Shown: positions 24,968 through 32,000 of the stretch, piece by piece
Numbering within the stretch: position 1 is the stretch's first letter
How the letters are laid out: each line of letters starts with the position of its first letter
From: Horticoccus luteus
GTDB taxonomy: Bacteria > Verrucomicrobiota > Verrucomicrobiia > Opitutales > Opitutaceae
Assembly (NCBI RefSeq): GCF_019464535.1
Contig: NZ_CP080507.1
Coordinates: 1,230,001-1,262,000, forward strand
Length of the DNA stretch: 32,000 nt
Reading direction: 5' to 3'
Program-made: the position numbers and the translations under genes
The notes under the pieces: model-generated
Databases searched by the model: none
Told to the model about the DNA's origin: nothing
What the model saw: only the letters and a program-made list of their open reading frames with translations

Positions 24968-25807
24968 ATGGGCGAGCGATGCGCGCACTTTCGATTGGCG
25001 GACTATCTGCGGGGCGACGACGCCTATCATTTTGCCGACGCGCAACTGACCGCCCGCAGTGGGGCGCGGTATCACGACCACGATTTCCACGAGATCTTTT
25101 GGGTGACGGCGGGCGCGGGTCGGCATCGTTGCAACGGGCGCACGGAAGCGATCGTGGCCGGGCAGATGCTGCTGATGCGGCCGAAGGATCGGCACTGCGT
25201 GCAGGGAACCGCGCGCGAACGGCTGCGGATCGTGAATGTGGCATTTCCGAGTCGTCGATGGTCGGAGGTGCGACGGAAGTATTTCGCCGACCATCCCGAC
25301 CCGTTCGAGAGCTCCGAGCGGCACGCTTGGCGAATCGACGAGGTTCGTGGGCGTGCGCTGCACCGGTGGAGCGAGCGGCTCGGAAGCGGCGGGCGCACGC
25401 CGCGGTTGATCGATGGTTTCCTGATGGATCTGCCGGATTTGCTCGGGGCCGGGGCGGCGACGGAGGAGCGCGAGATGGCGCCGGCGTGGTTGACGGAGGC
25501 GCGGCAGGCTCTGGCGGCGCCGGAAAATTTTTCGGGCGGCACACCGGCCCTGGCGCGGCTGGCGGGGCGCAGTCCGTCGCACGTGGCGCGGGCGACGGTG
25601 CGCTGGTTCGGCGTGACGCCAACGGAGCTCGTCAATGACGCGCGCATGGAATTCAGCGCCCGCCAACTGGCGACGACGCGCCAGCCGATCGTGGAGATCG
25701 CGTTGGATTGCGGGCTCAACAACCTCTCACACTTTTACGCGCTCTTCCGGCGGCGGCACGGGATCAGCCCGCGACGGTATCGATTGCGGGCGCACGGCAT
25801 TGTGTGA
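24968..25807 (+). CDS. AraC-family transcriptional regulator (cupin sensor + HTH)
   Basis: N-terminal cupin-like YHDHDFHEIFWVTAG. C-terminal dual HTH ending LSHFYALFRRRHGISPRRYR. ATG 24968 (the track ORF starts at TTG 24962). Confidence 0.88.
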   Translation: MGERCAHFRLADYLRGDDAYHFADAQLTARSGARYHDHDFHEIFWVTAGAGRHRCNGRTEAIVAGQMLLMRPKDRHCVQGTARERLRIVNVAFPSRRWSEVRRKYFADHPDPFESSERHAWRIDEVRGRALHRWSERLGSGGRTPRLIDGFLMDLPDLLGAGAATEEREMAPAWLTEARQALAAPENFSGGTPALARLAGRSPSHVARATVRWFGVTPTELVNDARMEFSARQLATTRQPIVEIALDCGLNNLSHFYALFRRRHGISPRRYRLRAHGIV

Positions 25808-26590
25808 GCGCGGCGCGGGCTGCGCCGCGCGGGCGAGACTGGCGGGCGGTGGAAGGATGCAGGCGTAGCCTTCGCGTTTAAGATGGTCGAGCAAGGCGGC
25901 GAGCACGGGTAACCGCACAGAATCGGGTTGGCCGGCTTCGTGGGTGAGAAGGATGGCACCGGGGCGGACGCCGTGGCGGAGGCGGCGAAATGGCGCTTCG
26001 ACGCGGCGGCTGGTGGATTCGCGGCCGCGCGCCGTCCAGCCGATGAGCGTGAGGCCGCGGGCGGCGAGGGCGCGGGCGAGGAAGACGCTTTTGATGCCGG
26101 CGGCGGGGCGGAAGAAAGGTGCGGGCTCCGCGCCGGCGGCGCGCAAGGCGGCGGCGCAGGCGTCGATTTCAGTGGCGACGCGGCGCGGGCCGACCAGCCA
26201 GAACCACGCCAGAGGATGCGTGTGGGTGTGATTGGCGACCGTGTGGCCGCGGCTCACGATGGCGCGCACGAGGTGGGGATGACGTTGCACGCGTTCGCCG
26301 ATGAGGAAAAACGTCGCACGGGCGCGATGGGCGTCGAGCAGATCGAGCACGCGAGGCGTGGTCGCGGGATCCGGGCCGTCGTCAATCGTGAGCCATACCT
26401 CGCGTTGGGCCGTGGCGAACGAAGTGCAGGTGCGCGCGACGCCTTGGGCATTCGGCACGAGCAGGTGGTAGAGCAGCCACAGCTCGGGCGTGACAAAGAC
26501 CAGCACCGCGCCGACCGTGGAGTGGCTGAAGACCGCCCACGCCGCCGCCTTCGCGGCGAACGTCACGACGAAATACAGGAACGCGCGCAT
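25727..26590 (-). CDS. polysaccharide deacetylase (CE4/NodB homology domain), membrane-anchored
   Basis: Two N-terminal hydrophobic helices. NodB motifs LTIDDGP and VANHTHTHP. The Pro-rich C-terminal tail overlaps the convergent AraC gene by 81 nt. Confidence 0.82.
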   Translation of the reverse strand: MRAFLYFVVTFAAKAAAWAVFSHSTVGAVLVFVTPELWLLYHLLVPNAQGVARTCTSFATAQREVWLTIDDGPDPATTPRVLDLLDAHRARATFFLIGERVQRHPHLVRAIVSRGHTVANHTHTHPLAWFWLVGPRRVATEIDACAAALRAAGAEPAPFFRPAAGIKSVFLARALAARGLTLIGWTARGRESTSRRVEAPFRRLRHGVRPGAILLTHEAGQPDSVRLPVLAALLDHLKREGYACILPPPASLARAAQPAPRSHNAVRPQSIPSRADPVPPPEERVKV

Positions 26591-26603
26591 CTCAGGTGAT
26601 CGA

Positions 26604-26626
26604 AGCGCGGGCTGAAGTCCCGCGCT
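26604..26626 (-). other. perfect 8-bp stem-loop in the 39-nt spacer between the nucleosidase-like gene and the CE4 gene
   Basis: AGCGCGGG-CTGAAGT-CCCGCGCT. No U tract, so it may be a weak terminator, attenuator or processing site. Confidence 0.3.
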
Positions 26627-26629
26627 ACC

Positions 26630-27400
26630 TTAGAATTTCAGATGCTTAACGGTGACCCCGTTGTTGATGAGCTGCTTCAAGGAATCGATGCCGATGCGGA
26701 GGTGATTCTCGACATAACTTTCGTCGACCTTCTTGTCGCTTTCGGCGGTCTTCACGCCTTCGGGCACCATCGGATGATCGGAGACGAGGAGGAGCGCGCC
26801 GGTGGAAATCTCGTTGAAAAAACCGGTCATGAAGATGGTCGCCGTCTCCATGTCGACAGCCATCGCGCGAATCTTGCGCAGGTATTTTTTAAAGTCTTCG
26901 TCGTGCTCCCAGACGCGGCGGTTCGTGGTGTAGACCGTGCCGGTCCAGTAATCACAGGCGTGGTCGCGGATCGTGGTGGAAATGGCTTTCTGCAACGCGA
27001 ACGCCGGCAGCGCGGGGACCTCGGGCGGAAAGTAATCGTTGCTGGTGCCGTCGCCGCGGATCGCCGCGATGGGCAGGATGAAATCGCCGACTTCGGCGCG
27101 GTGCTTGATGCCGCCGCATTTGCCGAGGAAGAGCACCGCTTTCGGCTGAATCGCACTGAGGAGGTCCATGACCGTCGCGGCCGTGGCGCTGCCCATGCCA
27201 AAATTGATGATCGTGATCTCGCCCGCGGTGGCGTTGGGCATCGGTCGGTCGAGGCCGAGCACGGGCACATTGTGCCAGTCCGCGAACAATTTCACGTAGC
27301 GTTGAAAGTTGGTCAGCAGGATGTATTCGCCAAACTGGTCGAGCGGCACGCCCGTGTAGCGGGGGAGCCAGTTTTCGACGATGTCGCGACGAGATTTCAT
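26630..27400 (-). CDS. short AMP nucleosidase-like protein (PNP_UDP_1 nucleoside phosphorylase fold)
   Basis: 256 aa. The N-terminal IVENWLPRYTG..FGEYILLTNF and FGMGSATAATVMDLL / FLGKCGG pattern resembles the catalytic domain of AMP nucleosidase without the E. coli-type regulatory N-domain. Confidence 0.7.
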   Translation of the reverse strand: MKSRRDIVENWLPRYTGVPLDQFGEYILLTNFQRYVKLFADWHNVPVLGLDRPMPNATAGEITIINFGMGSATAATVMDLLSAIQPKAVLFLGKCGGIKHRAEVGDFILPIAAIRGDGTSNDYFPPEVPALPAFALQKAISTTIRDHACDYWTGTVYTTNRRVWEHDEDFKKYLRKIRAMAVDMETATIFMTGFFNEISTGALLLVSDHPMVPEGVKTAESDKKVDESYVENHLRIGIDSLKQLINNGVTVKHLKF

Positions 27401-27466
27401 GAAGAGGTCCTACGCGGCGCCGGGCGCGATGGACACGAAAAAATGACAGCCGCCGGCCCCGTCGTG

Positions 27467-27919
27467 CTACTGTTTCAGCGGGTCGCCGCCAACAAATTCC
27501 GTGAATTCGAAGCGGAGGTGTGGGACTACCACTGCCACCGGCATGCCGGCTTTTTCCGCCGGTTTGAAACGCCAGCCGCGCATGGCGGTCGCGACGGCTG
27601 AGGCGAAGTAAGGATGGGTCGTCTCGACAGTGTGTGGGTGCACGGCCCGGCCGCGCTCGTCGATCGTGAACGAAAGGGTCGCATGGCCGCGAATCGGCCG
27701 CGGCACATGCATCAGGAGCGGCCAGGGATAGGGTGGCGCGTCACCCTTGAGGAATACGGGAGGCGAGTCATACTCCGCGGTCTGTGCCGGGAAGCGGAAA
27801 AAATGCGGATTGAGCCCGCTGCCCGCGACGCCCTCGTTTGGCGATCCGGGAGTGCCAGTGCAGCCGGCGAGAATGAAAGCGAGAGCCGCGAAAAGCATCA
27901 GAAAACAGCGATAGCGCAT
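27467..27919 (-). CDS. lipoprotein with a TonB C-terminal-like domain only
   Basis: Lipobox ILAGC. PPYPWPLL...GHATLSFTIDERGRAVHPHTVETT...AVATAMRGWRFKPAEKAGMPV matches the TonB_C pattern (YP..., G.V.L.F.I...G.V, RF.PA...G.PV). Confidence 0.65.
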   Translation of the reverse strand: MRYRCFLMLFAALAFILAGCTGTPGSPNEGVAGSGLNPHFFRFPAQTAEYDSPPVFLKGDAPPYPWPLLMHVPRPIRGHATLSFTIDERGRAVHPHTVETTHPYFASAVATAMRGWRFKPAEKAGMPVAVVVPHLRFEFTEFVGGDPLKQ

Positions 27920-28081
27920 CCGGCCCAGATTGCTGGGGCGGCTGCGCCGACGCCACGCGAAAATCCGTTGGGCGGCGCTGCCTTCGATCGCGCACGGGGC
28001 TGTTCACCGCGCCGCGATACCGCGTGCGGGAGGTCGGGAGCTGAGGCTTGCAGCCGGCCGGCACGCGGGTTGGCTGGGTGC

Positions 28082-28672
28082 ATGTGGTCGCTGTCCCAGC
28101 CGGCGGAGACGAAAGTGAGCGCGTTGCTGGCGCGCCAGCAGGGCGCGGCGTTGTCCTACGCGCAAATCGGAGCGTCGGCGACGCCAGCGACGCCGGCCGG
28201 CTTCAATCTCGACCACAACCGGATTGGCCTCGGCCGGGGCGCGGCGGCCTACGCGGCGGCGCGCGCGGCGGTGGCGCGTTGGGAGATGTTTCCGCGCCCG
28301 TGGACGCGAATCGCGCCGGCCAATGCGCCCATCGAGGCCGGCACCGTGGTGGCGATGCAGGCGCATGCGCTCGGGCTCTGGTGGCTGAATGCCTGCCGGA
28401 TCGTCTACGTGGTCGACGAGGCGGCTCCGGTGCGGCGGTGGGGTTTTGCGTATGGCACGCTGCCGGCGCACGTGGAACGGGGCGAGGAGCGGTTTACGGT
28501 GGAGTGGCGCGACGACGATTCGGTCTGGTATGATTTGCGCGCGTTTTCGCAGCCGCGGTATTGGGCGGCGCGAGTCGCCAAACCGCTTGCGCGCCGGCTG
28601 CAGCGGAAGTTTGTGCGCGATTCGCAGGCGGCGATGGTCGCCGCAGTCGCGCGCGAGACAGGATCGGCGTGA
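28082..28672 (+). CDS. DUF1990-family protein
   Basis: 196 aa. LSYAQIGAS...FNLDHNRIGLGRGAAAYAAARAAVARWEMF...FAYGTLPAHVERGEERFTVEW fits my recollection of DUF1990. Trimmed to ATG 28082; the upstream part overlaps the divergent gene. Confidence 0.65.
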   Translation: MWSLSQPAETKVSALLARQQGAALSYAQIGASATPATPAGFNLDHNRIGLGRGAAAYAAARAAVARWEMFPRPWTRIAPANAPIEAGTVVAMQAHALGLWWLNACRIVYVVDEAAPVRRWGFAYGTLPAHVERGEERFTVEWRDDDSVWYDLRAFSQPRYWAARVAKPLARRLQRKFVRDSQAAMVAAVARETGSA

Positions 28673-29619
28673 CGCGAAAGGTTTCAGCGCGACGGGCGGG
28701 ACTGGGTGCGGTCGTGTGGCTCGTGGCGGTGGCGTGGCGTGTGCCAAACGCGTGGCACGGGGCGTGGGCGCAGGCGTTGTTGCTCTTCGCCGCACTGGTG
28801 TTGGTGCCGCTGGCGTGGCCACTGATTTTGGGCGGCACGCCGGGGGCGCTGTTGCGCGCGGCCGGCAGGTTGCAGTGGCCGGCGGCGGTCGTGCTCGCGG
28901 TGGGGATTTGGTGGCCGCGCGGGTTCGTGGCGGTGGCGTTGGCGTTGCCGTGGATCGCGGTGACGGCACTGCTCGCGGCGAGCGGCGCGGTGGAGTTTTG
29001 GCGGGAGCGGCCACGAGCGGCGGCGGCGCGGTGTCGCCTCGCGGCGTTGTTGTTTATCGCGATCGGCGGCGTTTGGTTGGCGGCGGACCGGGTCGGTTTC
29101 CGGCCGCTCGGATTTAGCGAAGACATCGTGGTGCTGACTGCGGTGCACTTTCACTACGCGGGGCTGGTGCTCCCACTCGTGACCAGTGCCGCGGTGCGAG
29201 AATTGCCGGGCGCATGGAGCGGCCGGTTGGCGGTGGTAGGCGTGATCGTGGGAGTGCCGCTGGTGGCGGTCGGCATCACGACGGCGCAATTGCACATGTT
29301 GCCGGGGCTTGAAGCGGTGGCGGCCGTGTGGCTCGGGCTCACTGGGTGGCTGGTCGCTGGCCTGCACTGGCGGCTGGCAGGCGAGGCGCGTTGGCGGTGG
29401 GGCGCGCGGGTGGGGTGGGCGGTGGCGGGCGTCTCGCTGGCGTTCGGGATGAGCCTCGCGATGCTCTACGGGGCGCGCGGCTATTTTCATCCGCTGCCCT
29501 GGCTCGATCTGCCGTGGATGCGGGCGTTGCACGGCACGGCGAATGCCGTGGGATTCGCGTTTTGTGCGTTGCTGGCGTGGCGAGGCGCGCGGACGCCGCA
29601 GAGCGGTGGACGAGGCTAG
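28669..29619 (+). CDS. polytopic membrane protein, YndJ-like (tentative)
   Basis: About 316 aa with 8 or more hydrophobic helices and the motif AVHFHYAGLVLPL. GTG 28669-28671 overlaps the DUF1990 stop (GTGA). The family call is from memory and is tentative. Confidence 0.55.
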   Translation: MTRKVSARRAGLGAVVWLVAVAWRVPNAWHGAWAQALLLFAALVLVPLAWPLILGGTPGALLRAAGRLQWPAAVVLAVGIWWPRGFVAVALALPWIAVTALLAASGAVEFWRERPRAAAARCRLAALLFIAIGGVWLAADRVGFRPLGFSEDIVVLTAVHFHYAGLVLPLVTSAAVRELPGAWSGRLAVVGVIVGVPLVAVGITTAQLHMLPGLEAVAAVWLGLTGWLVAGLHWRLAGEARWRWGARVGWAVAGVSLAFGMSLAMLYGARGYFHPLPWLDLPWMRALHGTANAVGFAFCALLAWRGARTPQSGGRG

Positions 29620-30326
29620 CGTTGCGCCATCGCGGCAGCGCCGTGGAGGCCCTTTTGTTTTTCGATCCGGGCCATCGTTTTCATGGCATGGTCGTAGGCG
29701 TCTTTGGTCGGGCCGGCGCCGTCGGGCGATAGATTGTAGGCCTGGCCAATTTTGAAGGCGGCGAAATAGTCCGGGTCCTCGAGGAGCGTGCAGAATTCAT
29801 CGAGCTGGCGAACGAGTTGGGCGCGCTCGTCGGCGAGCGTGGCCTGTGCCGACTTTTCCGCGCCGCGCTTTTTGAATTTCCAGCCGGGGGCGTAGCCGGC
29901 GGGCGCGGTGGGCTGCCAGGCTTTAATCCGGTTGAGGGCGCGGCGCATGAGTTGCGGATCCGAGGCGAGAGCGGGCGAGACGGCGTCGCCCACCTGCTGG
30001 CTCAATGCAGCCAAAAGAGTGAGCGGGCTGTCGCCGCCGCGGCTGGTCGGAGGAAACATTTTCTCGTCGAAGGCGGCGCGCAGCCGGGCAATGGAGAGCA
30101 GAAAGCCGGCGTCTTCGACGCGCTGGGCGCGGTGGGCGACGCCGGCGGCGGTGAAGAGAGTGATGGCCGAAATCGCCTGGGGGTCGCGGAGGATCGTTTC
30201 CAGAGCCTGCGTGGATTCGGGTTGGTCGGCCATGAGTTGCCGATAGAGGCCGACGTCGGACCAAGTCTGCGCGGGCGCAGGCGCAAGCAACGCGAGGAAA
30301 AACAGGACTGCCAGGGAGCGGCGCAT
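29616..30326 (-). CDS. secreted hypothetical protein, predicted all-alpha
   Basis: 236 aa. Signal peptide MRRSLAVLFFLALLAPAPAQ. The remainder is helix-favouring, with no motif I recognise. Confidence 0.6.
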   Translation of the reverse strand: MRRSLAVLFFLALLAPAPAQTWSDVGLYRQLMADQPESTQALETILRDPQAISAITLFTAAGVAHRAQRVEDAGFLLSIARLRAAFDEKMFPPTSRGGDSPLTLLAALSQQVGDAVSPALASDPQLMRRALNRIKAWQPTAPAGYAPGWKFKKRGAEKSAQATLADERAQLVRQLDEFCTLLEDPDYFAAFKIGQAYNLSPDGAGPTKDAYDHAMKTMARIEKQKGLHGAAAMAQR

Positions 30327-30371
30327 GACCGGAGTAAAATGAAACCCGCCGGAAGGAAAACCCGCGGAGGG

Positions 30372-31268
30372 TTACGCGCTGGCGAGGGCGTTCGCGTTGT
30401 TGAGGTGCTCGGCGCCGGTGTATTTCTGGGACTGTTCGTCAGCGTGATAGCTGGAGCGCACGAGCGCGCCGCTTTCGACGACGCCGAGACCGATGCTCAG
30501 GCCGAATGTTTTCCAGTGGATAAACTCTTCGGGTGTCGCCCAGCGGGCGACGGGGAGATGTTGCGGCGTGGGCTGCAAATACTGGCCGATCGTGAGGATG
30601 TCCGTCTTGTCGGAGGCGATGTCGCGGAGCGTCTGCTCGATTTCTTCGCGGGTTTCGCCGAGGCCGAGCATGAGGCCGGTTTTGGTGACGAAACCGCGGC
30701 TCTTCGCGTGGCGCAGCATGGAGCGGGAGCGGTCGTAGCGGGCCTGCACGCGCACGGGTTTCTGGAGGCGTTCGACGGTTTCGACGTTGTGATTGAAGAT
30801 GTCGGGCTTGGCGTCGAGGACCACGTCGAGGTGTTCGGTGCGGCCTTTGAAATCGGGGGTGAGGACTTCGATCGCGGTCTGCGGATTGCGGTAACGGATG
30901 GCGCGGATCGTGGCGGCCCAGACGCTCGCGCCGCCGTCTTTGAGTTCGTCGCGGGCGACGCTCGTGATGACGCAGTGCTTGAGGTTCATCTTGGCGACGG
31001 CGTCGGCGACGCGGCCGGGTTCGCCGAGGTCGAGCTCCGTGGGGCGACCGGTGGCGATCGCGCAAAAGTTGCACGAGCGGGTGCAGATGTTGCCGAGGAT
31101 CATCACGGTGGCGGTGCCGCGGGACCAGCATTCGCCGAGGTTGGGGCACTGCGCACTCTGGCAGACGGTGTGGAGATTGTTTTCATCCACGAGGCGGCGC
31201 GTGGCGGCGTAGCCGGGGCCGGACGGCAGTTTGGCGCGGAGCCAGGAGGGTTTGCGCGAAGTGTCCAT
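30372..31268 (-). CDS. lipA: lipoyl synthase
   Basis: N-terminal auxiliary cluster CQSAQCPNLGEC (CX4CX5C), radical-SAM CTRSCNFC (CX3CX2C), C-terminal RSSY. Confidence 0.96.
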   Translation of the reverse strand: MDTSRKPSWLRAKLPSGPGYAATRRLVDENNLHTVCQSAQCPNLGECWSRGTATVMILGNICTRSCNFCAIATGRPTELDLGEPGRVADAVAKMNLKHCVITSVARDELKDGGASVWAATIRAIRYRNPQTAIEVLTPDFKGRTEHLDVVLDAKPDIFNHNVETVERLQKPVRVQARYDRSRSMLRHAKSRGFVTKTGLMLGLGETREEIEQTLRDIASDKTDILTIGQYLQPTPQHLPVARWATPEEFIHWKTFGLSIGLGVVESGALVRSSYHADEQSQKYTGAEHLNNANALASA

Positions 31269-31487
31269 GACGAGAAGAGAGGGTGATGGATCCGGGCGTT
31301 AATGCACACTCATTTTCACGAATGCCGCGGAGCAGAAGGCGGGGCGGCAGAGAGGCATTAGCGTTGCTCAGCGAGGAAGCGGGTGAGACGCGCCGGCGAA
31401 TGACGCGAGCGGCGCGAAATTTCCGGGAGGAGCGATTTTGATTCGCGCGGCGTCACGTGGGATTCGCACGCGATGAGTGCCGGGCGT

Positions 31488-32000
31488 TCAGCGGACGGCG
31501 GTGCCGGCGAGGAAGTCGGGCAGGAGCGTCCAGAATTCGCGGGCGAGAACAGTGCGGACCTCGCCAAGGTCGACGAGACGGCCGAGTTCGGCTTGGAGGG
31601 AGGTGACGATGCCATCGGCCGCAGCGATGCCGCAGGGGATGATGCCGTTGAAATGGGAGAGGTCGGGATTCACGTTGAGCGCGAAGCCGTGGTAGGTGAC
31701 CCAGCGTTTCACCGCGACGCCGATGGCGGCGATTTTGCGCTGCGCGAGCCAGATGCCGGTCTTGCCGGGGCGGCGCGCGGCGGCGAGCCCGAGGGTGCCG
31801 AGCGTGTTGATGAGGACCTGTTCGAGGAAACGCAGGTAGGCGTGCAGGTCTTTGCGCGGGGCGAGGGAGATGATCGGATAGCCGACGATCTGACCGGGGC
31901 CGTGATACGTGATGTCGCCGCCGCGATTGGTCTTAACGACCTCGATCCCGGCGTGGGTGAGTTGGGTAGTATTCCAGACGAGATGCGTATCGGCGCCGGT
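31488..32000 (-). CDS. lipB: lipoyl(octanoyl) transferase, 5' end outside the window
   Basis: Manual translation of the minus strand from 32000 gives ...TNRGGDITYHGPGQIVGYPI...RKIAAIGVAVKRWVTYHGFALNV...IIPCGI, with the LipB catalytic Lys and Cys motifs. It is in frame to the window edge. The track shows only the last 74 codons. Confidence 0.9.
   Translation of the reverse strand, partial: TGADTHLVWNTTQLTHAGIEVVKTNRGGDITYHGPGQIVGYPIISLAPRKDLHAYLRFLEQVLINTLGTLGLAAARRPGKTGIWLAQRKIAAIGVAVKRWVTYHGFALNVNPDLSHFNGIIPCGIAAADGIVTSLQAELGRLVDLGEVRTVLAREFWTLLPDFLAGTAVR

Noticed and set aside
28721-28939. Exact 15-nt repeat TCGTGGCGGTGGCGT at 28721 and 28925 inside the YndJ-like gene
   Set aside because: Both copies encode Val/Ala-rich TM segments (VAVAW / VAVAL). 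A match of this length is expected by chance given the GC and codon bias.
1-32000. Search by eye for tRNA/rRNA genes, CRISPR repeats, IS/transposase, integrase, toxin-antitoxin or defence-type genes
   Set aside because: No intergenic region longer than about 275 nt exists, and none contains a tRNA-like T-arm or regularly spaced repeats. Every sizeable ORF is accounted for by housekeeping, respiratory or small accessory genes.

Overview
GC-rich (by eye mid-60s %, not computed) bacterial chromosomal segment, densely coding, with about 31 protein genes. I found no rRNA, tRNA, CRISPR array, transposase/integrase or phage-like genes. Start codons largely lack a GGAGG-type Shine-Dalgarno. Together with several lipobox signal peptides and a TonB-C domain, this suggests a diderm of the Bacteroidota/Verrucomicrobiota type, possibly Opitutales-like; that is a guess and cannot be verified here. 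Left part: SAM methyltransferase, RsmB-like rRNA methyltransferase, dnaE, GH20 hexosaminidase, a secreted GATase1-like protein, an MBL hydrolase, an SLC13/TrkA-C permease divergent from cysK, and an esterase. Centre (about 13.7-24.0 kb): a complete Bacillus-style caa3 cytochrome c oxidase island. It holds ctaG; subunits II(cyt c)-I-III-IV; a divergent lipoprotein azurin-family cupredoxin; ctaA-ctaB-DUF420(CtaM-like); and a divergent pair made of a CusF-like/SCO fusion and an uncharacterised tandem-domain His-motif membrane protein. Right part: PhyH-family dioxygenase divergent from an AraC regulator, CE4 deacetylase, short AMP-nucleosidase-like protein, orphan TonB-C lipoprotein, a translationally coupled DUF1990/YndJ-like pair, a secreted helical orphan, lipA and partial lipB. 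The most interesting candidates are (1) the uncharacterised tandem-domain protein after SCO, a possible unrecognised copper-delivery factor, and (2) an in-phase A_AAA_AAG -1 slippery heptamer at the ctaD/ctaE junction that would fuse subunits I and III. Further candidates are (3) the CusF-SCO fusion with CX5C spacing, (4) the lipoprotein cupredoxin with auracyanin-like ligand-loop spacing, and (5) the DUF1990/YndJ-like module. All functional assignments rest on motif and family recognition by eye; no database search was run.
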